Below, one piece after another: positions 27,801 through 40,042 of a stretch of DNA of 64,000 nucleotides. The number at the start of each line of letters is the position of its first letter. Positions within the stretch are counted from its first letter, which is position 1. The DNA is taken from contig NC_135763.1 in assembly GCF_052425735.1 (NCBI RefSeq), positions 16,058,001-16,122,000 of the forward strand, written 5' to 3'. This DNA is from Oculina patagonica. Lineage: Eukaryota. The position numbers and the translations under genes are program-made. The notes beneath the pieces were generated by a model. The model saw nothing but the letters and a program-made list of their open reading frames with translations. It was not told where the DNA came from and did no database searches.

Positions 27801-30800
27801 GTGGGCGAAGCCGAAGGCGAGATCTGGTCAAATCCGATTTGCACCACGTGATTGCCTGTCAGGAATGTGGCAGGCGAGTCAATTGCGCATGCCCTAGACA
27901 ATTCTAAGAAAATGGCAATCAAATGAATATCCAATCCTCAACCAAATGAATAACGAATGCTTTACCATTCTCGTCTTTCTTGGAATAATATCTAGCAGAG
28001 TATTTTACTAAAGAATTAAGCAGAAGGCAATCATGAAAGCTTTAGGTCGGGTAAAAATATTTATTTGATTTAAAAAAATTGTTCATTTGGCGGCGAGACA
28101 TGTCTAGATTTTATGCAAATTTGATCCGGTCACTTAATCAAACTTAAATATTCTTACGGCGGATTCTCTGTTTTTAAACATCGTTATTCGTCAGAAATAG
28201 CTTTATAATGCTACAAACAACTAAAACGAAATCTTCTTGTCTTTTGAGGCCGACTGTAAACAACGAAACGTCTCAAAAACGAATATATTATGATTGCGTG
28301 CATGATCTATGATTTGCATAAAAAACAGACATTGAATTCCCTTGGGGCCGCATCACACGTTCAAATTTTAGCGCTGTGACAGCCATGCTTTGAAACAGCC
28401 AATCAAAAAAATTGAATTTTCTTACTTGGCCAGATCTCGCCTTCCGGCTTGTCTACCTGCGAGATGTGGGAACGAGATTAGGTATTTCCAATGCAAATAA
28501 ACATGTCAACAACAGCTACTGATGCCTTATATTAACTAATGCCAATCATATTTGCAGATAAACATCACCAAGTGTCACTCACCACTGAGGACATCTGGAC
28601 TAATATAAGCCGGACTTCCTCGCTGGTCTTTCAACAAATCATTGTCTCGTATCAGGTGCTTCCCCAGGCAAAAATTTGTTATTGTAATTCTTTTTGTGCT
28701 GAAAAGGATATCACAGTATATAACACATTAAACACTTGAATTAATATAACAAAGAAATATTTTTACAGTAACTGTAAATTAATTTGATTCTCAAGAATTA
28801 TGTACATCAAATGTCACTTTACAATACAACATTAGGGTTATTTTAGGTTACTTTTTTGGTAATTTCAACTTGTCCAAAGTCTTTGATAATTTCACACGTG
28901 ACAACAGTGTACTTGTGAGTTCTGTTCTCTCAGAGTCTATTTTGTTATATGGTTTTCTTCCAATCAAATTCCTGAAATTTTAACTAGCCATTTTGGCTAG
29001 TGAAAGCCCAGAACCTACTAGCCAAAACTGCATTTCGGCTAACAAATCAACATCAACAAAATCGACAACAAAATGTTCACTTTTGAAAGCAAAAGTAGTT
29101 GACACAATCAATGTTTGCTAATCACCACAAAATCAGCTGTGATAGAGCAAAGTACAGTGCTGCATGGCAGCTTCTTACACATGGGACTCGTGGAGATGAA
29201 ACTTCCAGCTGAGCCAGCTTGATTTATAACAATAATTAATACATCCATTTTCCTGTTAACCTCCCCTTCCTAATTAGTTAATATATTAATTAAATGAAAC
29301 ATGACAATTTAATGCCTTCTTAAGTAAATTAACAAAACATATTCAGTATAATTATAATAACATTATCAAATAACTATTTATTACCTTCTATTCAGCACAA
29401 TATTTCCAAGTTTTAAGTCTCTGTGAACTATGTTTCTCTGGAAAGAAAAAATGCACCTGATGAGGACATGAATACAATCACTCGTAATTTAATTTCAGCA
29501 TGCTTAGCACAGATGTGGCATTGGCATTCTGCACACACAGGCTGTTGCACAGCTGCACTATTGTCTACAGATTAAGTCTGCATATGAGCCTAGTGGCATG
29601 GCCCATCAGGCCAGAGCTTATCCCTGTTTCCGTAGCCCGGGGGGTACTCAACAAAGTTTTGTACCGGGGGCTCCGCCCCGAGCTCCTACCCCTTACCCTT
29701 TTATATACCATTTTGCCAGAAATTGTACCCCTTTCGTATACCTTTTAATGAAAAAAGGTATCCCTTTCATATACCTGAAAGTCATGCATAGACTTAAAAC
29801 ACAACGTTTTCTTTTCATTTTCAAGTAGCGCTTCATAAACTGAAATTATACAGCCATAAATTGCATCTGCTCGAAATATTTTTATTAAAAGGCCCTTTCA
29901 AAAACCTTAATGACTGATTTCCATACCCTTTCGTATACCTAAACTGTGAAATCCCTAGCCTTTCATATACCTGAAGCCTGAAAAAGGACCCCTTTCGGGC
30001 GGAACCTCCCCGTATAGGCCATTATAGGGAGTACCCCCCCCCCCCCCGGGTTCCGTAGCATGAAGCAACTAGGCGTATTTCTACTCCCCCTTGATGGGAT
30101 GCTAGTCTTTCGCAGGGTTACTCCCAGCTTTAATTTGCCGGTACCCATTTATACACCTGGGTGAAAAGAGGCACTATGATGTCAGTGTCTTCTCCAGGAA
30201 CACAATGCAGTGTCCTGCACAGGGCTCGAACCCGGACCATTTAATCCGGAGTACAGTGCACCAACCATTAGGCCACCATGCCTCCCATACAACTGCACTA
30301 TAGCCAGCAAAAACAACTTTTGTAATAAAAATGTCCTTATGTTGGTATTATAAAGCAAAAAAAAATTGTTTAAAGCATCATTTATTCAACTATAAACTGT
30401 TGAAGAGGTAACCAGGGCTGGCATTAAAGAAGTTTAAGAAAAAACACTCACAAAAGGCTTGACTGTGTTTTGCGTTTTCTTAGACTTATGCTTACATCAC
30501 TTTCTAAGTGGTTTATAAAAGAGCAAAATTTGAATAAATATGAGTTATATCCTGAAGGTCTATTTGCATGGAAACAGGGTGGCACCCTTAACCAGCTGGG
30601 TTACCTGTCAAATTAGGCTTAAACACCCACCCTTTTTTATCCACAATTCCATGGTTTTCTCCCTAGCTATCCTCAACATTAAATAACTGGCAAAAAAAAA
30701 AATAGTCACTCACATTGAAAAACATCCTTTTATAAGACACTATCAAAAATCCCAAAAAGAAAAAACAAAGCCTATTTTGACCAAATGTTTCAAAAATGTA

Positions 30801-32591
30801 TGACATTAATTTTGTTGGAAGAAGTAAATCAAAGAAAAGGAAGTTGGGTACCCCTGGCAGGGACACATGCGTAGGGTTAGCTCTGTCCCCAGCTGCGGTT
30901 GAGTAGGCAGGCTGATAAGCGACCCTTCTAGAAGGGTAAACCTGCTCCCACTGCACTATGGAAACAGACCAAAAAGGAAACAGAAAACGCTTTAACCATA
31001 TGGTTCTGAAAGAGACATAAATTATGTAGGAACAGAAACAAATACAGCAGATCCTACTCTTAAGTTGCTTCTATAATTTTTTTTTTCAGATTATGTAACT
31101 TGTCTTTGATCTTGAAATTTGCGGTTAAATCGATAAGGGACTAATCTCATTATAGGATTATTCAATTACATTTAATTTTTTTCTATAATTTCAAAGAGAG
31201 CCGGTGATCTAGTCTAAAATCAAAATAAGTAACAATACTTTTCTTCATGTCAGTATCAATTTAGCCCACGTCCTTCAGAAAAAAAACAAAGAAACTTTGA
31301 TTCAAAAGCGTAGGAGTAAACCTGCTGAAACGAAACTAGCAAAACTTAAAAATGTGCTTGAACGCCCCCGTCGATTGTAAGTTTATAGCTACGTGTTGAC
31401 ATCGTATTTGCATCCATCCATGCGTAAAACATTTGATTTGTCACGTTGATATTGCTAGTTTCTCAGATATTGCTGTAGCTAGACCATCTTACATAATATA
31501 CGATGCACTCGGTTAATTTAATAAATCTGTAACTATTTTAATCAAGAATTCAAGCAAACGGTTCCACTCAGACTAAAGAGGAAGTTGGGATTAGAATACA
31601 TATCAGAAGCCGAATGAACATTACCACCCACGCGAAAGATAACAGTATTTCCCTTAACTTGCAAGTAAGCCCCAAGAAAAAGATATCTTTTTGTAGAATA
31701 AAACATAAACGGATTTGAAATAAAATACGCTAACAAAAACTTGGCGAGATTATTGTCTGTAACGCGAAATCGGTGCCAAATTTAATCTGATTTTAACCAA
31801 CGACTTACGATCGAAGCGAAAACCTTTCCTTGAAAGAGTAAACCATTAAGACTTGACTGAAGGTTTTTCCTTGAGCACACCACAAACCATAGATATAATT
31901 TTCTCAATATAAATTTGTGCTATAGTCTTACCTTATGCAAGCACTCCACAACTCTGACAATGTCGTGAAAAATTATTACTGTCTCTCTTTCGGACAATCG
32001 CTTCTCTCGTATCACGTAATGTTGAAGGTTTATGAGGTCCGCAGTATCCGAACTAAAGTCATGGGCGCAAAGGCAATCCAGTACTAAGCAAAGACGATGT
32101 CGAATTCTATACTGTCTCGCAACTGCACTTTGTGGACGATGAACTGCTGCCGTATTTGTAGAATCTTTCTCGAGAGGGATTTCCTCGTAATATTCGTCTT
32201 TAAAAAGTCCATGATGGTGAACAACGCCATCTTGATCGTTCAAGAGGGAAAGAAGTGAGTACTCGGTATGTAATAGCATTTTGCCTTGTTTATCATCGTA
32301 GCTTTCGCGTCCAGTATCTGATAATGTTAGAATCTTGATCGAGTAAAAATCATCGGTACCTTCCTTTTTCGCTAAGCACTGAACAATACTTCGCACAGGC
32401 GAATTGCCTAATCTTGGTCCAAGCAAATACGGACCGGCGCGCTTCAGCGTTCCACGATTCGAAGCTCTAATCAGAGCTCTTCGCGAAGTACTTATCGATG
32501 AACTCGAGTTTGAAGTTGACGATGACTCTCCAGCTTCGAGGCAAGACGCCTTTCGCTTCACTCCTGTTGATCCAGCACTACTAGATCGCAT
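24877..32591 (-). CDS. STK40: Serine/threonine-protein kinase 40 (Tribbles-related pseudokinase), ~456 aa, 6 coding exons
   Basis: Phase-consistent exons 32591-31932, 29437-29385, 28698-28583, 27045-26901, 25734-25615, 25153-24877. Motifs KRAGPYLLGPRLGNSPVRSIVQCLA, QGKMLLHTEYSLLSLL, HRDLKLGN, TNFCLGKHL (DFG replaced), DQRGSPAYISPDVLSG, SDMWALGVVLYTMLYGQFPFYD and C-terminal QVVPD. Confidence 0.95.
25785..26005. repeat. Minisatellite, ~87-bp unit x2.5
   Basis: AGCT(A/T)TTATTT..GT(C/T)ACACACTAGG(C/T)TTTCA(T/A)CCAGA recurs three times. Confidence 0.8.
26010..26277 (-). mobile_element. tRNA-derived SINE, second family
   Basis: GGAGGAAAACCGGAGAACCCGGAGAAAAACCCTC core; GGGAATCGAACCCGGG is the B box on the minus strand. 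Left boundary approximate. Confidence 0.75.
26284..26570 (-). mobile_element. tRNA-derived SINE (same family as 29574-30286 and 57875-58160)
   Basis: Shared core blocks GGATGCTAATCCATCGCAGGGTT, GGTACCCATTTATAC and TGTCTTGCCCAAGAACACAAC. Confidence 0.8.
26598..26815. mobile_element. MITE with 5-bp TSD (hAT5-like)
   Basis: TIR CAACCCTCCAAGTT / AACTTGGAGGGTTG; TSD TAAAC. Confidence 0.85.
27781..28480. mobile_element. Non-autonomous TIR element with 9-bp TSD (Mutator-size TSD) in an STK40 intron
   Basis: TIR TAATCTCGTTCCCAGATCT / AGATGTGGGAACGAGATTA; exact TSD GGTATTTCC (27772-27780, 28481-28489). Confidence 0.9.
29574..30286 (-). mobile_element. tRNA-derived SINE split by the MITE at 29636-30050
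   Basis: GGCCCATCAGGCCAGAGCTTATCC, GGGATGCTAGTC..CGCAGGGTTAC, GGTACCCATTTATACACCTGGGTG and GGGCTCGAACCCGG (B box on the minus strand). Confidence 0.8.
29636..30050. mobile_element. CCCGGG-terminated MITE with 8-bp TSD, nested in a SINE
   Basis: CCCGGGGGGTACTC ... GAGTACCCCCCC..CCCGGG; TSD TTCCGTAG (29628-29635, 30051-30058). Confidence 0.85.
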
Positions 32592-32963
32592 TTTGGATGT
32601 GGTATGTTTCCGCGAAGCAAAGTCGCTTGCTGTGAAAGGAAGATTCTCTGCGTTGTCTGCGGAAGTGATCCCATTCAAAAAATTTCTCGTGTACTCAGAT
32701 CCTCCGGGACAAAACGGTGCGCGTTAAGACTGGGACGAGGTGAGCATTTCAAAATTCATTTCCGAAGAAATCGCCAAAGTTTAAAATCTTTTTTCATTAA
32801 GATCTGTTATTGGAACCTCAGAAGCTTTCTTTTCGATCAAAGACGGTTCATTATATAAAATTGAGGCAAAGCGTTGCGTTACCTTTACGATTTTTCGTCT
32901 GCAGTTCACCGAGTTTGGTTGCCATGGTGAAGACGCCACACGTGTAACACCAAAATAATCAAA
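32592..32963. promoter_or_regulatory. Putative bidirectional promoter and 5' UTRs shared by STK40 and SPATS1-like
   Basis: Divergent start codons are 372 bp apart. Contains an RFX X-box-like GTTGCCATGGTGA(A) at ~32919 and a CACGTG E-box at 32939. Confidence 0.6.
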
Positions 32964-35900
32964 ATGGCTGACATTCTTCTCCAAACTCCAGATGTTGCAG
33001 GTAAATATATGTCGATCTTTCGCTAGGCAATGCTTTTATCTTAAGTAAATTAAATCCTGTTTTACGGAAAGTTTTGTTAAAAAAATATTCCCGAGAAAGG
33101 AGTAAAATCGAAGTTAGTTTGGTCATGTTTGGTCTTGCTCACAAATTCGAACACTGTAGCGTCGCGCGCGATCGCGCGAAAGAAGTCAAATTCTTAGCTA
33201 AAAAGCTGTGATTTTCGCCCATATTTTTTCATAGCATTCCATTAACTCAATAAAGTGAATTATTTGGTAACATAAATGGTATCATAACAAACGCTAGTTA
33301 AAATGAGGTAGAATAAGCCGACATGCAAAAATCAAAAATTATTTAAGCTTATTAGCGTTGGATTGGCTTTTGATTAACAACAGATGCAGTACCTTTTCGT
33401 GTACCGCGCAAATCGGTGGTTACGTGTACATATATTGGGTTTGACAAAGTTTTCGTGTTTATCTGAAAAGTTTCGTGGTTTATAACTTGTATGAAGACTT
33501 TTGTTTTGTGCTTTATCTTCTAAATGTGTTGAATAAAGATAGCGTGCTATATTGATCCCTCAGGCAATACACCGCTTGTGAACCCAATCATCAAACCATA
33601 TTATAGAGATGGCTTTGGAAGTAAATCTATTGGCGAGCCACAATGGAGGCCACATCCTAGAAATGCCCTTTCCATGCCCGGCAGACTTGACAACTCAGAA
33701 AGGTGAGTCTGGCATGAGTCTTGTTAATCTCAAGGCCGACAACAAATTCACCTAATTAGTTTCAAGACATTCTATAATTCGTTTTGGGGAGAATTTGGTT
33801 TTGAATCAAGATGTCTTTCCCAAGATGATCAGGTTATCTGCCTACATCTATTTAAAATAGTTATAAGGTAATCAGAAATGAAGGTTTATTAGATTACTGC
33901 TACATGCAGGATTAAAAGGCTCAAAAACGTTTCAACCAAGGAATATCAGTAGTTCGCATAGTGTGATCATCTGGGTGAGAGGTCAATGATAACTTTATTG
34001 ACTGACAACAGTTTTTTCACTTGACTAAGAAGATGACTTCCACTCAAGTTGTCAAAATGTCAGTCACCAACAACAGTTCATTACAGAACAACTCTCACCC
34101 GGATGATCACACTATACATTAATTAAAGTGTTCAGTGTTATGAAAAGTACTTTGGCAAAATGGAGTTCACATAATGTACATAGAATTGGTGACTGTTTCA
34201 AACAATAAGGTTTTCAATTCCTGTATGTCAATCAAAGTGATGACTGACAATCCAGTTTTTCATGCTTAACCTGTAGGACAATTACATTGCGATTGTGTTA
34301 AGATGTACATGTACATGTAAGCATCCCATACCATTTCCAACTATCCAAAGTTCTACTCGCTGCCACTTGGGTGGAGCTCTGCCATTTTTAATGGCATAGT
34401 GACTGAATGGCCATTAGGCTTACTAGCTGTAACAGTACATGTAATTTTTTTTCATGTATTCTGTCATTCTGCTATTTAGAGGGGGCAATGGCCTTGACTG
34501 GGTATCAAGTATTCGCTGTGCATCCCTAGAGAAGACAAGACATTCCCCTCCCAGGCCAGCAGAACAAAAAGCTCCAACACCTCCCATCACCAGGGACAAT
34601 AATATGTTGACCAGAGAGCAAGGTATAGTCAAATGTATACTGCTTATCATATAATTTATACTTATACTATAATAATAAATAATTATAAAATATTTATATA
34701 GCGCCAATATCCTAAAAGAAAAGCGCTTTACAGAAGTAACGTTAAAAATATTAAAAATACTATATATTCAATGAAGTGCCATCAAATATTTTACTTGCTG
34801 GATTTCTTTAAGGAATGAATGAAGGTGAGTCTTTTTTGGGGAGAGGGGAGGGTGAAGGGTTAGGAGTTTTACCGGTTAGTTCTGCTGACAATGGTTGTAC
34901 AAGTTCCTCTCAATTTTTAAGCGATGACGATTGCTTTGTCGTGATGCGTCGGTGGGATCTGTACTGCTTGCATTCTGTTAGCTTTCTGTTGCGCTTAATT
35001 GACGGATTGACAGAACCAAATGGGACTGGGAAGTACCTTCAGGACTAAATGCTATGTGAACAGAGATCGAGTTTACAAGAAATCGCCACTAAAAACACAA
35101 GCAAAATACTCCTGAGAAGTTAAAAAGGACTAATACAAAATGTAAACGCAAGAGAAAAATAATGTTTGAAAAACAATTAAAGATTGCATTTTACCTTGGT
35201 CGCTTGAGAGAGAGATCTTTTATAATTTAGGCTTATACCAGATCACACAACTTTTCTCATACAAACATTCAATACAAAAGTTTTCAGCTACTTTTATTTA
35301 GTATACATCAATATTTTTTTTGGATAAATTTTCAGAAAACAATTTAAGAACCCTTGGGAAACGTCATCACTTCTGCATGCATTGCGTGCCATTTATTTAT
35401 TATTGGTAGTCTGTTTCTCTCTGTTTTCTTTGAATTTATTATTTTGTTGAGCTCACTGTAAATGAATAAGCAAACAAACAATCAAACATCAAGCTAAGGG
35501 AGTGAATATAAGAATTTGAAGACATCTTCTGCTGTGTGTGCATCTGATGTACCGGTAACTTTTTTGTGCCTGAGACCATTCCATTAACACCCTCGTTTTT
35601 GTGCAAATATATCTGTAGTAGTGTAATATAACGCTTATGTAATTTTGTAAATGTGTGAGCAATCAATAAAAAAAAAAAAAAAAAAAAAAAACACCCTCGT
35701 TAAACTTTACAAAAAAAACTCGATCCTATATGAGATCTGACAGCTACATCTTGACTCAACAAAATGTTGCATCCTAATGAATAATAACTCATTACTTGGT
35801 TTATAAGAAAGGTTTTTTGTCTATTTTTTCAGCTGGCCAGGTACCCAGTGAAGAAAAACCCAGATATGTCCAACCAACTGTTGTTTACGACACTTATGAT

Positions 35901-37656
35901 GACTTTGAGAGAATTTACATGAGAAGACCACTAGAAATATCTCTAAGAATGTCTGTTGGGGCAAAGAAACAAGGTACTCATAACAGGGATTTAATGTTCT
36001 TTAATACATTGGGCAAAAACCAAAATTCTGAGATATTTTGAAAGTTAAAAGGAACAGTGTCACTGAGATTTACAGTGCTACTTGAAAATTGCGTTGGTCT
36101 TAATTTGAAATCCACATGTATAGTCACCTGGCCCTCTGAAAACGTACTGTACTGTAGTCATGAAAGTTGTTAAAAACTGATGTGGCTATGGATGGGTAGG
36201 AAGAGCGTTGCCTGAAACTTGAAAAAGCCGGGCTGACGTTTTCAAATTGACAGTTTTCTTTGGAAGAAGATCAGATCAAAAACCATTGATTACCGGTAGG
36301 GTTTATCTTGGAGAATAAATATATGCCTTTTTTTTAATTTTTATAAAGGTTATTTTGTCCTGATCAGTGAGTGTACCCTCATAGTTCTAGCATGTTTTTA
36401 ATACACAAAACATTATAGACTTCACGCGACACTGTCCCTTTAAATCACCAAATATATAACAAAAAATCTTTCACACCTCCCTGTTTTTTCCCCCTCTACA
36501 ATACGATTCCTTTTTTATTTGTGAGATGGTCTGAATTGTTTCAGAGTAATTAATAAGTGGATCACCTGACTGTGTTTTATTGTTTTGCTCTTGGCAGTGT
36601 ATGACAAGAGAAATGATATTCCTGTAGCCTCATTAGGAGATAAGAGTTACCAAGTTCCAGAATATTCATTAGATTTCCACAAGCAGGGAAGCACAAGACC
36701 CATTATAAATTTTGGGTAAGAAAACGTAGAACAACATACTGCAAAAGGTAGACCTGCAATGCGTACATGAGTTGCAAAAGGTAGACCTGCAATGTGTACA
36801 TGAGTTGCAAAAGATAGGTCTGCAATGCATACATGTCTACTGGAATGACTCCACAATGGGTTGTTTTTGTGTTGTTCAGTTTTGTTGAATTGTGGTCATG
36901 TCTGGCAAGTTATCAGTAAAAGTAAGGTAAACAGACTTAAAATCATTACTTTTGTTTACAGTGGATCCTTAAAATGTGTACCGGACACTTTTGTCCCTCT
37001 TCAAGATTTACCATTTAAACCTAGGTAAGTGAATTAATCTTCCATTGTGTTTTATTAGGAACAACCATTCCAACTGGAAGCAGTTTAATTTGGTTGATGT
37101 GTCCCAATAGAACACTCTTCCAACCACTTTTAGTTGAAACTGTTGATAACCGTCAGGTTTCCCCTAGAAAAATAAAATTTCCCTGACCAAATAAATTCAA
37201 ATTGCCAGATATAGTAGCAGCCCCCAGCCCACACTTTCGAGAAAATAAACATTATGCTGAGATCTCTTCGCATCGAAATGAAATGCTTCTTTCAGCCATC
37301 AATTGTATGAAATCAACTGCAGAGTGGTATATTCCAATTTTCCCTGACCTTGAAAACATTTTTTTTCCCTGACCATTTTCTGACCTGTGGTGGCCCTGTT
37401 TTTAGTTGAAACTGCCAGGCTGTGTTCTATATTGGGATCAACTGTTTTCAGTTGATTGGATTGGTTGAGTGTCGAGTTTTTAGATAATTTTATGTCGTAT
37501 ACTAATTTCTTCTCATTCCATTTTAGAATCACATTCGAAGAAAAGCAGAAGAAAAAATTAAAAAGGGAGGAAATTGAAGAGGTTAAAAATCTTGATCATT
37601 GGCGACCAGCTGATCCACTTTCACCTGCGCTACAACTTCCTGGAACACATGGATGA
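32964..37656 (+). CDS. SPATS1: Spermatogenesis-associated serine-rich protein 1-like, ~256 aa, 7 coding exons
   Basis: Phase-consistent exons 32964-33000, 33564-33702, 34480-34622, 35833-35973, 36598-36715, 36962-37024, 37527-37656. C-terminal motifs KRNDIPVASLGDKSYQVPEYSLDFHKQGSTRPIINFG, PDTFVPLQDLP and EEIEEVKNLDHWRPA match my recollection of the SPATS1 family. Confidence 0.75.
33959..34114. mobile_element. Short inverted-repeat element, probably derived from a Penelope-like terminal repeat
   Basis: TAGTGTGATCATCTGGGTGAGAG / CTCTCACCCGGATGATCACACTA; internal GAAGATGACTTCCACTCAAGTTGTCAAAA resembles a degraded hammerhead-like block. Confidence 0.55.
35598..35689 (+). mobile_element. 5'-truncated poly(A) LINE tail in a SPATS1 intron
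   Basis: TSD AACACCCTCGTT (35586-35597, 35690-35701); AATAAA followed by a long A tract. Confidence 0.85.
36050..36439. mobile_element. Kolobok-type MITE
   Basis: AGGAACAGTGTCAC ... GCGACACTGTCCCT-TTAA. Confidence 0.65.
36740..36835. repeat. Minisatellite, 33-bp unit x3
   Basis: GCAAAAGGTAGACCTGCAATG(C/T)GTACATGAGTT repeats. Confidence 0.85.
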
Positions 37657-38162
37657 TGTCATCATAAATTACGACCAAAAAAATTAGGTGGTCCCCATTA
37701 AATTACTACAGTTAGATAAATTTTACCTTTTAGAATCTTATTTATGGAAATGTTACCTTTAGTTAGGAACAAATTGGACAATTCTTTTGAAGTGTTTTCA
37801 CTTTGGTTGTTACATTTTATTGCCTAAAGGGAGTTTAATTCACAGCTGGTACTTTAGCCCCTGTCCACACTAACCTGGATAAATTTTAAAACATAGTTTT
37901 CACTCCCAAAATGGATTACATTAATCCAGATCAATTAATCATTAATCAGCATTGTCATAAAGCTGCATTTTGGGGTGTCCACACTCACCACATCACCAGT
38001 ATTTTCAAATTTCTCCACTCTGAGAAGTGTTTTGGAAAAGCTTTGTTTTCGAAGTCAGAAAACACAGCTTTAGTGTGCACAGACAGCACAGTAGACCAAA
38101 CCATGAACACATGTTGTAACTGAAGTACTGGTACCATTTGGCTGATGAAGGTCCATCACTAA

Positions 38163-38325
38163 CAGGGCTGTCATTAAGTTTTTATGCAGCCGTAACATTG
38201 AAGTTATCACCCGTAGCATTTTGTTCTGTATGTAAGTGTAACATAACACAAATTGACATCTTCACTGTCTCGTAACATTGAGTGACCTCAGCTGTAACAG
38301 TTTATGACCCTTAATGACTGCCCTG
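38163..38325. mobile_element. Short hAT-like MITE with 5-bp TSD
   Basis: TIR CAGGGCTGTCATTAAG / CTTAATGACTGCCCTG; TSD ACTAA. Confidence 0.8.
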
Positions 38326-40042
38326 ACTAATAGCGAAGTGCGCGAGTGATGTCATGACTCAGACAAACAAACCAAAATGGCAGAAAATTTTCCTAAAACA
38401 CTTTATAAAAAGGCCAGTACATGTTCCTGAAACACTAACACAAATAGAAAAATAGAAAACAGGTACTTCGCCTTGATTCCTTCTATTTCCCGCAGAACAC
38501 GCTGTTTGCTGAGCCACATGGGGGTTATATTCATTTTGCATTCTATTTTTAGACTTCGCACACTTCGCTATTGAATAGTTCCAAGTTGCAACTTTATTTA
38601 TGAAATTTATTATTATGTGTTTCAAAGGTTCTTGTATGGCTGTATTGCTCTGAACTCAATGAAACATTTTATAACTTTTGTAATGAGTGAAAAAGTTCCT
38701 CACAAACAAAATGGAAATGCCAAAAACAGGTACTTAGCCTTGATTCTCTAAGTACACAATATATATTTGAAGGATACCTTTTTTTATTTATTTGTATACA
38801 TGTAGCATAATAATTTATTATTGCACAAAGAAATTGAATTAGACAAACATATTTTTCATGCACATATGTATTTTTTAAGTATTTGTTTGAAATCAGTGAT
38901 ATTTTTTTACAATGGTGTAAATAAAATTTGTGCGTTGGGTAACTTTGAGGCCATTCAGTTTTTTTGTCTAGACTGTGTGCAAATGTCTTATCTTGCTTAC
39001 TTTGTTTTTGAAAATAAATTTAGGATTCTACTGACTAGATATGAAATTCCCTGAGTTTTACCTAACTTTGAAGAGGTTTTCCCAAGACTTTTTGCTGGTC
39101 TATGGATATCTACATGTAACGTTCCAGAAGGCCTCCTCCCAGGCGGGAAATTTTTTTGAAGTTCCAATTTATAGCAAAGATAACCTTTTTCCCCTCAGTC
39201 TAAACCGAAAAATATCCCTCGTTTCCATGAAATAAATGACTACCTGGTATCTTTCCTTCCCCCTAAAACCTCTTAAGCTAAGGAAAGAAATGAAGGAATT
39301 CAAACTTGGCCACTGTGTAAATACACTGAATGTACACTTTCTTTAATTGCCTCCTCCAGTACCTTAATGTACTATACAAAGTGAATGACACTGGTATCAC
39401 AAGCACTTGTTTAAATTCAAATTTTTTTTGGTACAATATTTTATAAAAAGGTTTTCAGGAACAAACATTGGCCACTATAATTATACAGCTGTACAATAAA
39501 AAATATTCATCAAATTCATATACAATTGTAGCTGCCAGACAATAACAAAGTGTTGACAAAATCCAAATAAATATATTCCTATAAAATATAAGTACAGTAT
39601 ATTTGTATTAATTCTTGTCCAAAATATTTTTTATTATTTTTCATTTTGGGAACATTTCAATCAATCACAAAATATAAAACAAGGCAAGCTATTAGCAATA
39701 GCATCTCAAAATAGGATAACAATTTCTTTCAAAAATTTGGCAAAATCTCATTCATTGCAAAATATGCGATTCTTTTAAGATTAACTTTGATAACATCTTG
39801 TAAATCATTCCTGTAAGTGATTTTTCAGCCTGAATCTCAGGGGTGAATCATGGCACAAGATGCGTTTAAATGGTCTGCAAGCCTTCTAATGAGGGCATCA
39901 AACCTTATTTTATAGTCTGTAAGTTATAAAGTCAGACCAGCTGACTGATCTTTACACTAACAAGACTTAACTTAAAATAATCATTTCAGATGCATCAAGC
40001 AAATAAGGAAAATGATGACATTCAACATCAAACGTAGCCTTG

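Noticed and set aside
32592-32678. N-terminal extension of STK40 in the ORF track
   Set aside because: It starts at TTG; the first in-frame ATG is 32591, just before the KRKAS motif resembling the vertebrate start.
38141-38340. Hammerhead ribozyme (CTGATGA...GAA) interrupted by a MITE
   Set aside because: Stem II does not pair and the GAAA core is incomplete after removing the MITE.
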